From positions 1-24,024 of the forward strand of contig JBHIAE010000042.1 of assembly GCA_046758445.1 (NCBI GenBank): DNA of 24,024 bases, given 5' to 3'. This DNA comes from Candidatus Thorarchaeota archaeon (GTDB lineage Archaea > Asgardarchaeota > Thorarchaeia > Thorarchaeales > Thorarchaeaceae). The notes under the pieces were generated by a model. It saw nothing but the letters and a program-made list of their open reading frames with translations. It did not search any database and was not told the origin of the DNA. A program made the translations under genes and the position numbers. Each line of letters starts with the position of its first letter. Position 1 is the first letter of the stretch. Below, piece after piece: positions 1 to 8,740 of this stretch.

Positions 1-241
1 CAGCTCCCCCGCCAGTAATTCTGCGAATGTAGTCGATTCCATTTGCCTCGCAGTACTTCAAATCCACTTCTTCGGTCATGCCTTGAAAGGTGCCAATGGA
101 GACTGCTGAAGGATTCCATCGGTAAAGCCTCAGAGTTGGTGGGACTTGACCCTTCCTAAGAAACATCATTATCGCTTCGTCAATGGCCATGTTCATGTGA
201 GCTGATTGTACATCTAGGTCTAGGAAACGTATCTTCTCCAT
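1..241 (-). CDS. Lipoate-protein ligase (LplA/LipM family), N-terminal part, truncated by the window edge
   Basis: Not in the ORF track. Manual translation from ATG at 241 gives MEKIRFLDLDVQSAHMNMAIDEAIMMFLRKGQVPPTLRLYRWNPSAVSIGTFQGMTEEVDLKYCEANGIDYIRRITGGGA, carrying the NMAxDEA, LRLYxW, SIG and RRxTGGGA motifs typical of this family. Confidence 0.93.
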   Translation of the reverse strand, partial: MEKIRFLDLDVQSAHMNMAIDEAIMMFLRKGQVPPTLRLYRWNPSAVSIGTFQGMTEEVDLKYCEANGIDYIRRITGGGA

Positions 242-242
242 C

Positions 243-1223
243 TTAGGTCACCAGACCCGTCAATGCAATCGCCTCTACCACCTCTTCCGGAGTCAGCGGC
301 CGAGGATAGTTGTACCATGGTCCACGAGGACTCTCATTGTAGAATGGCCTGTTGCAGCCTCTACAGCCTGAAGTCTGAAATGCTTGGCCTGAAGATAGGA
401 CCTCCCGAAGAAGAAGGGGGTCAACCTCTATCCGGATCTCGCCAAGCGAATTGGACCTAATCTGATTCTCGTCAATGTAGCCGTTCGACAGCAGGTGTCT
501 AAAAGCCTGTATCCGTCTGTATTTTGAAATATCAGGGGACGGATGCTTCCCTAGGTCGGTTCCTCGAATACTGGTGAACGCGAATAATCCAACGCTGATG
601 CCCATCTTTTGCATCGAAATGATGAACTTCGCTGCCTCCAATTCAGTTTCTCCCAGCCCGATTATAAGATGAGTCGTCACGTTACCTTGGCCAAAGACTT
701 CTAAGGCGTCTTCTAGTGCTTTCATGTGCGTTTCCCAGCGATACACACTACCTCTTGACATACCTTTGACTGAGTCGAAAAGATGAGGTGTACATGCATC
801 TACGGCAACGCCAATACTGTTGACACCGGCTTGATGAATTCTCCTCAACTGAGACGGGTCGAGAGGGTGAATGGAAACTGAGATCGGCATGTCCGACCGT
901 AGACGTAGTTGACGAACTATGGTTTCCACATCATCAACTGCACTCGGATAGTTCAAGGATTGGATACAAAGCCTCTGAAAAGAACCAACACTTTGCAGCC
1001 TTGCAAGGACTTCAGTCATCGAGTATTCCGGCCAAGCAATCCTAGAGAGGCGGTCTGAAGAAGAGGAACTCTCTCTTGCCTGGGGGCAGAAAGCGCAGTT
1101 GGCACTACACTTCCCCTTTATGTAGGTCATAAGGAAGGCGGTTGTGAAACATGAGTCTAGAGTGCCTGTCTCTAGCCCTAGCTGAATCGCTGTCCCCAGC
1201 GAAAGGCGAATCTTCTTGACCAA
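243..1223 (-). CDS. lipS2: Radical SAM protein, archaeal-type lipoyl synthase subunit LipS2-like
   Basis: CxxxCxxC motif (CSANCAFC) and C-terminal TSGCRGCNRP, matching the LipS2 motif TxGCPxC(N/D)RP with one substitution. Its stop lies 1 nt from the lipoate ligase start. Confidence 0.8.
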   Translation of the reverse strand: MVKKIRLSLGTAIQLGLETGTLDSCFTTAFLMTYIKGKCSANCAFCPQARESSSSSDRLSRIAWPEYSMTEVLARLQSVGSFQRLCIQSLNYPSAVDDVETIVRQLRLRSDMPISVSIHPLDPSQLRRIHQAGVNSIGVAVDACTPHLFDSVKGMSRGSVYRWETHMKALEDALEVFGQGNVTTHLIIGLGETELEAAKFIISMQKMGISVGLFAFTSIRGTDLGKHPSPDISKYRRIQAFRHLLSNGYIDENQIRSNSLGEIRIEVDPLLLREVLSSGQAFQTSGCRGCNRPFYNESPRGPWYNYPRPLTPEEVVEAIALTGLVT

Positions 1224-1401
1224 GGCAATCGTGAGCTGACAGTTTCATCATGCTATAACAGTGTCGCTAGGTCTGCGCATCGATGTTCGCATATTCAGGC
1301 GGTCCTATGTCGCATTCTCAATGTCCGATTTCGACCTATACTAGCATTGATAAGAGAAGACTCGTGACACGGCGAAAATACTAAGTCTAAAGTGTCCGAA
1401 G

Positions 1402-1734
1402 ATGAGTGATGAAGAGAAGCACAACAGCGGGCCCAAGATAGCGAGAGAGAAGAAGGCTGTTGAACGCATGATCAACTTCTATTGCAGAAGCAAACATGAC
1501 ACGCCTTCCAGCACTCTCTGTGACAGTTGCACCGAGCTCCTGGGGTATAGCCATCAAAGACTTGACCGCTGTAGGTACGGTGAAGACAAGCCGACATGCA
1601 GAAAGTGTGAGATTCATTGCTATCGACCAGCTATGAGAGATGAGATTAGAAGCGTCATGCGATACTCAGGACCAAGACTTGCGTTGCGCGCGCCGGTTGA
1701 CTGGCTGAAACATTGGGTGCATGAACATACCTGA
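1402..1734 (+). CDS. YgbA-like (nitrous oxide-stimulated promoter family) Cys/His-rich protein
   Basis: REKKAVERMINFYC..H, LCDSC, RLDRC, KPTCRKCEIHCY and VMRYSGPR match the YgbA_NO family pattern. Confidence 0.85.
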   Translation: MSDEEKHNSGPKIAREKKAVERMINFYCRSKHDTPSSTLCDSCTELLGYSHQRLDRCRYGEDKPTCRKCEIHCYRPAMRDEIRSVMRYSGPRLALRAPVDWLKHWVHEHT

Positions 1735-1748
1735 TTGCATGCAGGAGT

Positions 1749-2690
1749 CTAGCCAAAAGACACCATGACCACATCACCTTCATTGTATTCCCCCACGAAC
1801 TGGCCGTACTTCTCTGGAATCAAGTAGATTGGGGGCATTCCTTTGAATGTCTGACTTCTGGAGAATATGTAGCAGGAGATTCCATGAATTGGGATATCAT
1901 CTACCTTCGGTCTGAAGGTGCTACTAGTATCGAATTGCAGGAAGTTGTGATAGGCAGTAGTCACCACTCCCACTTGACTACTCCAAGCGTCAACGTTTCT
2001 GCCTCCGACATCAAGAGCACGCCCCACAAAGCCACCATGATTGTAGTGTGGGACACCACCGTCAAGGATTCCCACATCCGAGGCACCATCAACCAAGGCC
2101 AAGTGTCCAAACAAGTTTCCCGCTCTCACGTACGACCACTCTGCAAAGACTCCAGTCATTATGTCGGTTGATACTCCAGTCACTTGGCACTCTGGCTTCT
2201 TCTGCATGCCTTTGTCAATCACGGTAGCGCTCGGTAGGTCCACACTAATCGGATCTGATTGTGAAGACCTGCTGAAGTCCTTCTCATCCATAACCTCGAC
2301 ATGATAATGAGGTCCAGTCCAGAAGCAGAAGAAGCGAGAACGTAGGATGCGGCCGATTTCATCGCCTCTATCTACCGAGTCCCCTCTTGACACTCCAGGA
2401 GTACAATGGAGCACTCTCACAATCTTGTCTGTGCCTTCAGGTCTAGTTGCTATGGCATAGTCAGAACCCTCTGATGGGAAGACCTTCTTCGTACCCATTG
2501 AGATCTTCCGTGTCGCAACGACCTTCCCGTCTATCGGAGAGAAAGCGGGTCCACCCCAATCGCCATGCGAAGGATAGATGTCAATGGCAGAACACCTCTT
2601 GTGCCCGATGTATGGACTATTGAAGTAGGAGAAGTAGGAGTCTTCCTGAGCGAAGAGCTCTACACTAGAAGAAACTCCAACACATCTCAT
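1749..2690 (-). CDS. Archaeal hypothetical protein with an M23/LytM-like metallopeptidase domain
   Basis: ATG at 2690 removes the overlap with the upstream reductase. Motifs are H..AIDIY, SPIDGKV, VLH, V..GDEIGR and GPHYHVEV (HxH). No signal peptide is visible. Confidence 0.6.
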   Translation of the reverse strand: MRCVGVSSSVELFAQEDSYFSYFNSPYIGHKRCSAIDIYPSHGDWGGPAFSPIDGKVVATRKISMGTKKVFPSEGSDYAIATRPEGTDKIVRVLHCTPGVSRGDSVDRGDEIGRILRSRFFCFWTGPHYHVEVMDEKDFSRSSQSDPISVDLPSATVIDKGMQKKPECQVTGVSTDIMTGVFAEWSYVRAGNLFGHLALVDGASDVGILDGGVPHYNHGGFVGRALDVGGRNVDAWSSQVGVVTTAYHNFLQFDTSSTFRPKVDDIPIHGISCYIFSRSQTFKGMPPIYLIPEKYGQFVGEYNEGDVVMVSFG

Positions 2691-2710
2691 TCTATCACTC
2701 GACTGCCTCG

Positions 2711-4084
2711 TTATGTCTTCTTGGCTGCAGCATAGATTGGTGAAAGACGAGACTTCCACTCAACGAGTCCTTTTGGAGAGTCGGGATACTGCTTGTATGC
2801 ATCCTTTATCTGTTCCATAAGCTTGGACACCTTGTTGACTCTCATAAGTAGAGGCACCTTCCCTATACCAGCCACCAGTCGCTTGAACTTCTCACCCGTA
2901 CCAATCTCCATCTTGCCAGTAATGCTCACACTCAGAAGGTCCATGCCTTTCACAATTCCCTTCCTGAAAGCAAAATCAATGTCCTCGTTGGTCACGTTGA
3001 GCAAGAACCAACGAAAGACATCCAGTGAGGCCTGCTTGATACCGTAGCTCTGCATATACCTAGGATTGTAGTCCCAGAGCGACTCCATCGAAGTGTCATT
3101 TCGCTCAAGTGCCTCTGATGCCACTGTTGCAGCATGTACGCCGCCCAGCATCGATGAACCGATTCCACCGCCATGAATAGGGTTGACCTGACAAGCGGAG
3201 TCTCCAACAAGCATGAAATTGTCATCAACCATAGTATCGATCGGTCTTCTAATGGGTGCGATGCCGCCGCTGCTGTCTGCCGTAACGAGCTTGGTCTTCA
3301 TGAATCCCCAGTTCTCTCTGACAAAGCTGTCGTAGATCTTACGCGGATGAGTATAACCAGGCAGAATCATGACTCCCAATCCAACGTTGACTTTGTGCGG
3401 TCCTTGTGGAAAGATCCACGTATAGCCTCCCAAAGTCTGTTCTTGATTCCAATGAATTTCAAGGATGTCAGGAGTTTCGAACTCATGTTCAGGAGTTTCA
3501 TAGATGTCACGCCAAGCGACCATTTGATCCTCCTTCGCGATAGTTCTCTCTATCAGCGAACTCTCTGGGAGCTGGCGGCGCAACATCCCTGTTGCACCCG
3601 TTGCATCTAGAACAATGTGCGACTTCAGGTCTTTGTCGGCGTCTTCGCCTTCTTTGGATATCCTTACTCCTGCCACCTTGCCTTCCTCAAAGAGGGGCCG
3701 CTTTACCCGTGTTGAAGCCTTTACCTCGACCCCAGCCTTCTCGGTCAGCGACACCAACCACTGTCCCATCTTGTGTCGATTGAATGAGTATCCCCTTGTT
3801 GTGGGCCCTATCATGGACAACTTGTCCACTCCATTCGGAGCGTAGAGATCCAGTCCCGAAACAGGGTGCTCAATGATGTCTTTTGGCAGGTCTGGAAGCC
3901 CTATCATCTCCTTCATTTCTTTGATGTGATGGGCCCCCAAGGCATCTCCACAAGTCTTGAGACCTATTTGGTCTCGTTCCTTTCTGTCAATCATCAGAAC
4001 TGAGTGACCCTTCTTCGCAAGTGTGTAGGCGGTGATTGCCCCGCCTGTGCCCGCTCCGGCAACAATAACGTCATAATCTACCAT
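2711..4084 (-). CDS. Geranylgeranyl reductase family FAD oxidoreductase (digeranylgeranylglycerophospholipid reductase-like)
   Basis: N-terminal YDVIVAGAGTGG Rossmann motif, KTCGDA, GGYTWIFP, VNVGLG and LVGDSACQVNPIHGGGI. Confidence 0.9.
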   Translation of the reverse strand: MVDYDVIVAGAGTGGAITAYTLAKKGHSVLMIDRKERDQIGLKTCGDALGAHHIKEMKEMIGLPDLPKDIIEHPVSGLDLYAPNGVDKLSMIGPTTRGYSFNRHKMGQWLVSLTEKAGVEVKASTRVKRPLFEEGKVAGVRISKEGEDADKDLKSHIVLDATGATGMLRRQLPESSLIERTIAKEDQMVAWRDIYETPEHEFETPDILEIHWNQEQTLGGYTWIFPQGPHKVNVGLGVMILPGYTHPRKIYDSFVRENWGFMKTKLVTADSSGGIAPIRRPIDTMVDDNFMLVGDSACQVNPIHGGGIGSSMLGGVHAATVASEALERNDTSMESLWDYNPRYMQSYGIKQASLDVFRWFLLNVTNEDIDFAFRKGIVKGMDLLSVSITGKMEIGTGEKFKRLVAGIGKVPLLMRVNKVSKLMEQIKDAYKQYPDSPKGLVEWKSRLSPIYAAAKKT

Positions 4085-4087
4085 TGT

Positions 4088-4819
4088 CTACTTCCTCGCT
4101 AATTCCCATGTCTGATCAAGAAAGCCTTCGAGTTGAAGTGATATCAGCGGATTGTCTGCCCACCCACAGATTGATAGGTCTGGCATCGAAATGAGTGCCT
4201 CCTCACTGTCGACAACAAGATCTACAGCAAGTGTGTCCTCTTTAATACGCTGCTGGAGTGAAGCGTCTACGCTCTCACTTTGTTCACCTAAGATCGCCCT
4301 AATCTTCACACCTCGATTAGATGCCCTGTCAAGGGCTGAGGTCACCGCCGCACCTAGCTCCCCAAGACTTGGAGCCACAAGCATGATGTTCTCTTTCGCT
4401 CTCGCTATCATGCTAAGCATCTTTGCCTCAACATCCCCACGTCCTTTGATAGTAAAGATCAACGTAGGGGTTTCTCCCTCGGTCTTCCTATTGCTCTGCA
4501 GCAATCTGAGATCCTCAACGAGCTGCTCAACTCTTGAAGAAAGAAGGTCCTGAATATGAGAGAGAGGGGCAAATTCGAAGACTCGAGGTCTTCCCTCATC
4601 GCTAGCAACTAGACCCTTTCCAATCAATCCCTCAAGAACTGAGTAGAGGTTTGCATGATGAATCCCTGTGGCTGATGAGAGATCCGCAACTGTCCCAGAC
4701 CCAACATTGTTTAGGGCGATGATAACCCGGCTTTCATGTTCTCCGAACCCCAAATCTCGGAGAACCCCTGCGGCTCGGGTCATGACGGTCTCCAATCTCT
4801 CCTCACTCGAACGGCTCAT
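4088..4819 (-). CDS. TrmB family transcriptional regulator
   Basis: N-terminal LGFGEHE..LYSVLEGLIGKGLV..GRPRVF winged HTH, followed by an effector/PLD-like domain (MIARAKENI, RGVKIRAI, VVDSEEALI). Confidence 0.88.
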   Translation of the reverse strand: MSRSSEERLETVMTRAAGVLRDLGFGEHESRVIIALNNVGSGTVADLSSATGIHHANLYSVLEGLIGKGLVASDEGRPRVFEFAPLSHIQDLLSSRVEQLVEDLRLLQSNRKTEGETPTLIFTIKGRGDVEAKMLSMIARAKENIMLVAPSLGELGAAVTSALDRASNRGVKIRAILGEQSESVDASLQQRIKEDTLAVDLVVDSEEALISMPDLSICGWADNPLISLQLEGFLDQTWELARK

Positions 4820-4848
4820 CTATACCAAGAAATTATGTGTAAATGCTA

Positions 4849-5784
4849 CTAATTTAAGCTTTTCTGAATCGCGAATCCTGTCAAGATTTCCTTGACAATG
4901 TCTCGAGCGGCAATTGCGGTGATACCAGTGGGGTCAATCATTGGATTGAGTTCAACGACGTCGGTATAACGAACCTTGCCTGTTTCAAATGTCGATATGA
5001 GAAGTTCCACTAGATCAACCATGGAAAGACCGCCTGATTCAGGATGGCTGACTCCGGGTGCAATCTGCGGATCGAGGACATCAATGTCAATCGAAACGTA
5101 CAGGAAATCGACCCGTCTTCCGATAACTTTGACACGCTTGTGAAATTGGTCTTTCGACAATATCGGTGCCATGCTCCCTGTCATCTCTTTCCGCTGAGCA
5201 GGGAGAGCCGAACGGAGATCGTAAGCTGCTATGTCTTCAGTCATGATTGACTCATCATCTACCATTCTTCTTACACCTGTCGAGTGTGAAAGCTGGTATC
5301 CTCCCATGTCAGAATACATATCGGCGTGCGCATCGAGATGCACAAATCCATAGCGACCAGGACGTCCTCTCTTGAGACCCTTTAGTATTGGGTAGGAAAT
5401 GAAGTGGTCACCGCCAAGAAAGAGGAGCCGGCTTTCTTGTGTAGCTAATTTGGTACATGCCTCAGAGATGTCGATGGCCGCTGCCTCTGGAAGTCGTAGA
5501 GAAATCTCCAGGTCGCCCACATCTTCCAGTGTGATGCTCTTTGTCAAGGAGTCTTCTATCGCATCCTTTCTCCCCAGAGAAAGTGGGTAACTGTGAGAGC
5601 GCTCACTATCCGTTGCCCGGCGAATTGCATCAGGTCCAAAACGAGGACCAGGCATATAGCTGGACGTGAGGTCGTAGGGAATGCCCAGGACCCCTACATC
5701 CGGCAGACCTTCCTTTGGAGCAGGAATTCCGAAAAAGCTCCTCGGCAGTCGAAGATATCCATTCAGCTCATCGCGAAGGGGCAC
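4849..5784 (-). CDS. Agmatinase/arginase (ureohydrolase) family protein
   Basis: GIPYD, GPRFGPDAIR, LGGDH, HLDAHAD, SIDIDVLDP, PESGGL and VVELNP metal-binding and family motifs. Confidence 0.92.
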   Translation of the reverse strand: MPLRDELNGYLRLPRSFFGIPAPKEGLPDVGVLGIPYDLTSSYMPGPRFGPDAIRRATDSERSHSYPLSLGRKDAIEDSLTKSITLEDVGDLEISLRLPEAAAIDISEACTKLATQESRLLFLGGDHFISYPILKGLKRGRPGRYGFVHLDAHADMYSDMGGYQLSHSTGVRRMVDDESIMTEDIAAYDLRSALPAQRKEMTGSMAPILSKDQFHKRVKVIGRRVDFLYVSIDIDVLDPQIAPGVSHPESGGLSMVDLVELLISTFETGKVRYTDVVELNPMIDPTGITAIAARDIVKEILTGFAIQKSLN

Positions 5785-5895
5785 AAGAACTCACTTCGAC
5801 CTCAGGTCAGTCTGCTCTCAGATAAAGGTGCTGAAGAATGCGAAAAAGAAGAGGTATGGCCCTCGACCCATCAGGGCCCAGAGCCATTCAGGTGT

Positions 5896-7542
5896 CTACA
5901 TCTGATAGAACTCACTGCCACCGCGGCCACGGACTAGGCCAGCGATTGAGTAGATTCCAACGAGTCCCACGATTCCTAGCACTGCACCAGTGTACGGCCA
6001 CCCGTCCGCGATCATCTGGCTTAGAAGGCCCACGACATCTGCTTCCACATCGAAGCCATCACTACGGGTGCTTTTGGAGAACACGTTTCCATTGAAGACG
6101 TAGGTAAGGTCAGCACTCGGGAAAGTGTATCTACCTTCATTCACGAAGGTCACTGTATATGTGATGCTCTGACTAGCGCTCGGAGCCAGAGTACTCCAAG
6201 AGCCTGGCGAATAACCAGTTGCCATCACATCTGGGTAGACCGCCATGAAGTCGTCATCTGTTAGATTCAGCCCTGTAATTGGCTCAGTTCCGCCGTTGGT
6301 GACTGTCACAGTTACATCCACTGAATCACCAACCGTTGCACTCGTCGGCAGGAATGTTCGTTCAAGGGTTATCATTGGAGGTAGCAGGGATGCGTTGAAG
6401 TAGAGCGTATAGTCAGTCTGCGGCCCAAGCGCCGTGGCGTTCCAAAAGACAATGTTACTCGCATTGTCATAGTAAGTCTGATTCAGTGCCTCATTCTCTG
6501 GTGTGTACGAAGTAACATTCACGTTGTATGGCATGTTTACGACGACAACTGAGAGACCATCCGTCAGAGGATTCACTGTCCCAATGCTGCCCAGTAGATC
6601 ACTGAAAACGTCTAGCTGAGTATCAGATGAAGATAGGAGCTGATCTCCAAAGTACCCGACTCCTGCGAGAGCCACAGGGCCAGCAAGTGTGAAGTTCTCG
6701 AATTGGGATACTACGAAATCCGCGGACGCTAATGGCGGGGGAGTTCCGGTGAATCCTTCAATCATGTCGATCAGTGCCTGCATGTCCGGTATAGCCAGCA
6801 AGCCAGCAGCTCCAGCGTCAGCACTGGCGAACAGAGAAGAATCGATTGCTGCTGCAAAGCCGTCCTGAATCATGGCGTCGAAGACTGTATCCACCACGTC
6901 GATGTTCGTCAGTTTGTGGATGAACAAGTCAATTGCTTGAAACGGCAGTGTAATGCCGGCCTCGGGTGGGAACAGGCTTTGGTCAATCCTGATTGAGAAT
7001 ATCTCCTGGAACGTGAATCCGAATGAACCTGTTCCAAGATGCGTTACAATCTGTCCCATTTGACTCCTGGCCTGAGTTTCAGAGAGATCAAGGAAGGCGG
7101 TAACGAGCAAGTTGAACTCCGTCCCCAAGAGGCCAAAGAGATCTTGCGGGGTCGTAGGGATTTGAAGTGCGGAGATGCCTCCGCCGCCTCCGCCACCGAA
7201 GAAGTCAACACCTATCAGCTGAAAGAGATATTCCAACATCTCCCCATAGGTCGCTACCAGTACCATCGCAATGCAGCCATCATACATTGGTTGGTCTAGA
7301 GCCAGACTTGCGGACGGGATTCCCAGCTGACCGTAGACGACTTGTGGGGCGCCTTCGTCATCTATGTTTGCAAAGACGAGCTCCGCACCGTCCTCAATCA
7401 GACTTTGAAAGAACGCCATTGGGTCGTCAATTGTCTGAGCAGGACTGTAATTGCCGCTGTAGACTGTTGCAGCCACAGCAGGGGACACCAGTAGAAATGC
7501 CATCAGTGTTAGCATAAACGCGTGCTTGTAGACGTGCTTCAT
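5896..7542 (-). CDS. Secreted, C-terminally membrane-anchored protein with an Ig-like TRAP-beta/BatD/DUF11-type domain
   Basis: Signal peptide (MKHVYKHAFMLTLMAFLLVSPAVAA), several N-x-S/T sequons, an Ig-like segment (VGDSVDVTVTVTN...WSTLAPS...GRYTFPSADLTY), and a C-terminal TM helix with a short basic tail. Confidence 0.7.
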   Translation of the reverse strand: MKHVYKHAFMLTLMAFLLVSPAVAATVYSGNYSPAQTIDDPMAFFQSLIEDGAELVFANIDDEGAPQVVYGQLGIPSASLALDQPMYDGCIAMVLVATYGEMLEYLFQLIGVDFFGGGGGGGISALQIPTTPQDLFGLLGTEFNLLVTAFLDLSETQARSQMGQIVTHLGTGSFGFTFQEIFSIRIDQSLFPPEAGITLPFQAIDLFIHKLTNIDVVDTVFDAMIQDGFAAAIDSSLFASADAGAAGLLAIPDMQALIDMIEGFTGTPPPLASADFVVSQFENFTLAGPVALAGVGYFGDQLLSSSDTQLDVFSDLLGSIGTVNPLTDGLSVVVVNMPYNVNVTSYTPENEALNQTYYDNASNIVFWNATALGPQTDYTLYFNASLLPPMITLERTFLPTSATVGDSVDVTVTVTNGGTEPITGLNLTDDDFMAVYPDVMATGYSPGSWSTLAPSASQSITYTVTFVNEGRYTFPSADLTYVFNGNVFSKSTRSDGFDVEADVVGLLSQMIADGWPYTGAVLGIVGLVGIYSIAGLVRGRGGSEFYQM

Positions 7543-7548
7543 TTTCTA

Positions 7549-8124
7549 TCACTCCTTTGGGCGAATTGTTGCCCCAACGATTCCGGCGACGATAGCTGAA
7601 GTCACTGGAACAAAGAGCCAGATCAAAAGCGGAAGAACCATAGCGAATAGGTTGGGCGTGCCACCTCCACTAAATCCAGCAATCAGCGGTAGAATCCCAC
7701 CAATAACGTCCTGGATAATCGGAATGCTAAGTATGTCAATTATCGAAGAACCAGGAGGAAGAGGTGGAAACGTACCAAGGGTCAGACCTCCCAAGAAGAG
7801 CTGAATCATGAAGAAGAAGGCAAGCCCAAGGCAAAAGATCCAGACAAAGAGTCCGACAACGAACGCACCTTTCTTCGTTCCAGCCATGACGCCACCGACA
7901 AACCCGGCAGCTATCCAGAGTGCGAACATCAATGGATTGGTAAGTGGGTTCACAAGAAGGATGTTTACCATGGCCAGAGTAGGCCTAACATAGTTCCCCA
8001 TCAAGGGAGCCATCCACTGGATCAATGTGTTGTACCCTTCAGGGAGGAGAAACCAGCCACCGGCGAGTACTATTGCCATACCCGCCAACCACCCAAGGTA
8101 TTTGCTTCCAAAGGCCATAAGCAA
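7549..8124 (-). CDS. Hypothetical multi-pass membrane protein (about 4-5 TM)
   Basis: Very hydrophobic 191-aa ORF with an AGGAGG RBS just upstream of the TTG start. It ends 6 nt before the 548-aa gene. Confidence 0.8.
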   Translation of the reverse strand: MLMAFGSKYLGWLAGMAIVLAGGWFLLPEGYNTLIQWMAPLMGNYVRPTLAMVNILLVNPLTNPLMFALWIAAGFVGGVMAGTKKGAFVVGLFVWIFCLGLAFFFMIQLFLGGLTLGTFPPLPPGSSIIDILSIPIIQDVIGGILPLIAGFSGGGTPNLFAMVLPLLIWLFVPVTSAIVAGIVGATIRPKE

Positions 8125-8374
8125 GGAAACCTCCTAACGTAGGGTTAGTTCCTAGGACTCTTCCTGTTCAGAGGCTTATTAATCTCTGCTGTATTAGATT
8201 AGGCGCAAGGTGTTCTACTGACTTCCTGAATGATTCTCATTAGCAGGTTGGAAAGAATGATATAGCGCGAAGACAGTGCAGTGAATAAGCCTGAACTCAA
8301 TTATGCAGGCTTCTCTGCATTTTGAGGGCAGGATATTGTGTTAAGGACAACACAAGCAAGTAGATGAACCCAGG

Positions 8375-8740
8375 GTGTCTGAAATAGTGACCAGAAACGA
8401 CACGGAACGCTCCGTATATGAGCTAGTTCAGTTGGTGTCCTCCTTGAATGACACTAGAAGGGCAATCCTGCTGGCCTTGGCTCACATCTACCCTCGAAGC
8501 GTAAGTGGCGTCCAACTCGGTCGATTGATAGGCTACAGCGGAAAGTCAAGAAGTCTCTACAGAGGAGTACTATCGGATCTGGAGGAGAACAAGTTGATCC
8601 TGATAGATCAATTGACACCCAAACTCTACTCAATCAGAATCAACAACGAGCACCCTCTGTTGGTCGTGCTGGTTGGCATGTGCAGAGAACACGGACAGGA
8701 AACGAAGGGAATCTATCTGAAGGCACTGGAGGAAGAGTGA
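8375..8740 (+). CDS. Winged helix-turn-helix (ArsR-like) protein
   Basis: LNDTRRAILLAL..SGVQLGRLIG..LSDLEENKLI pattern followed by a beta-hairpin wing. Confidence 0.65.
   Translation: MSEIVTRNDTERSVYELVQLVSSLNDTRRAILLALAHIYPRSVSGVQLGRLIGYSGKSRSLYRGVLSDLEENKLILIDQLTPKLYSIRINNEHPLLVVLVGMCREHGQETKGIYLKALEEE

Noticed and set aside
2691-2759. Long overlap between the reductase and M23-like ORFs (and similarly 8680-8740)
   Set aside because: This is an artefact of longest-ORF start choice. Downstream ATGs at 2690 and 8740 resolve the overlaps.
7176-7198. GGC/GGA-type repeat encoding a poly-Gly run
   Set aside because: It is a simple coding linker (FFGGGGGGGI), not a tandem-repeat element.
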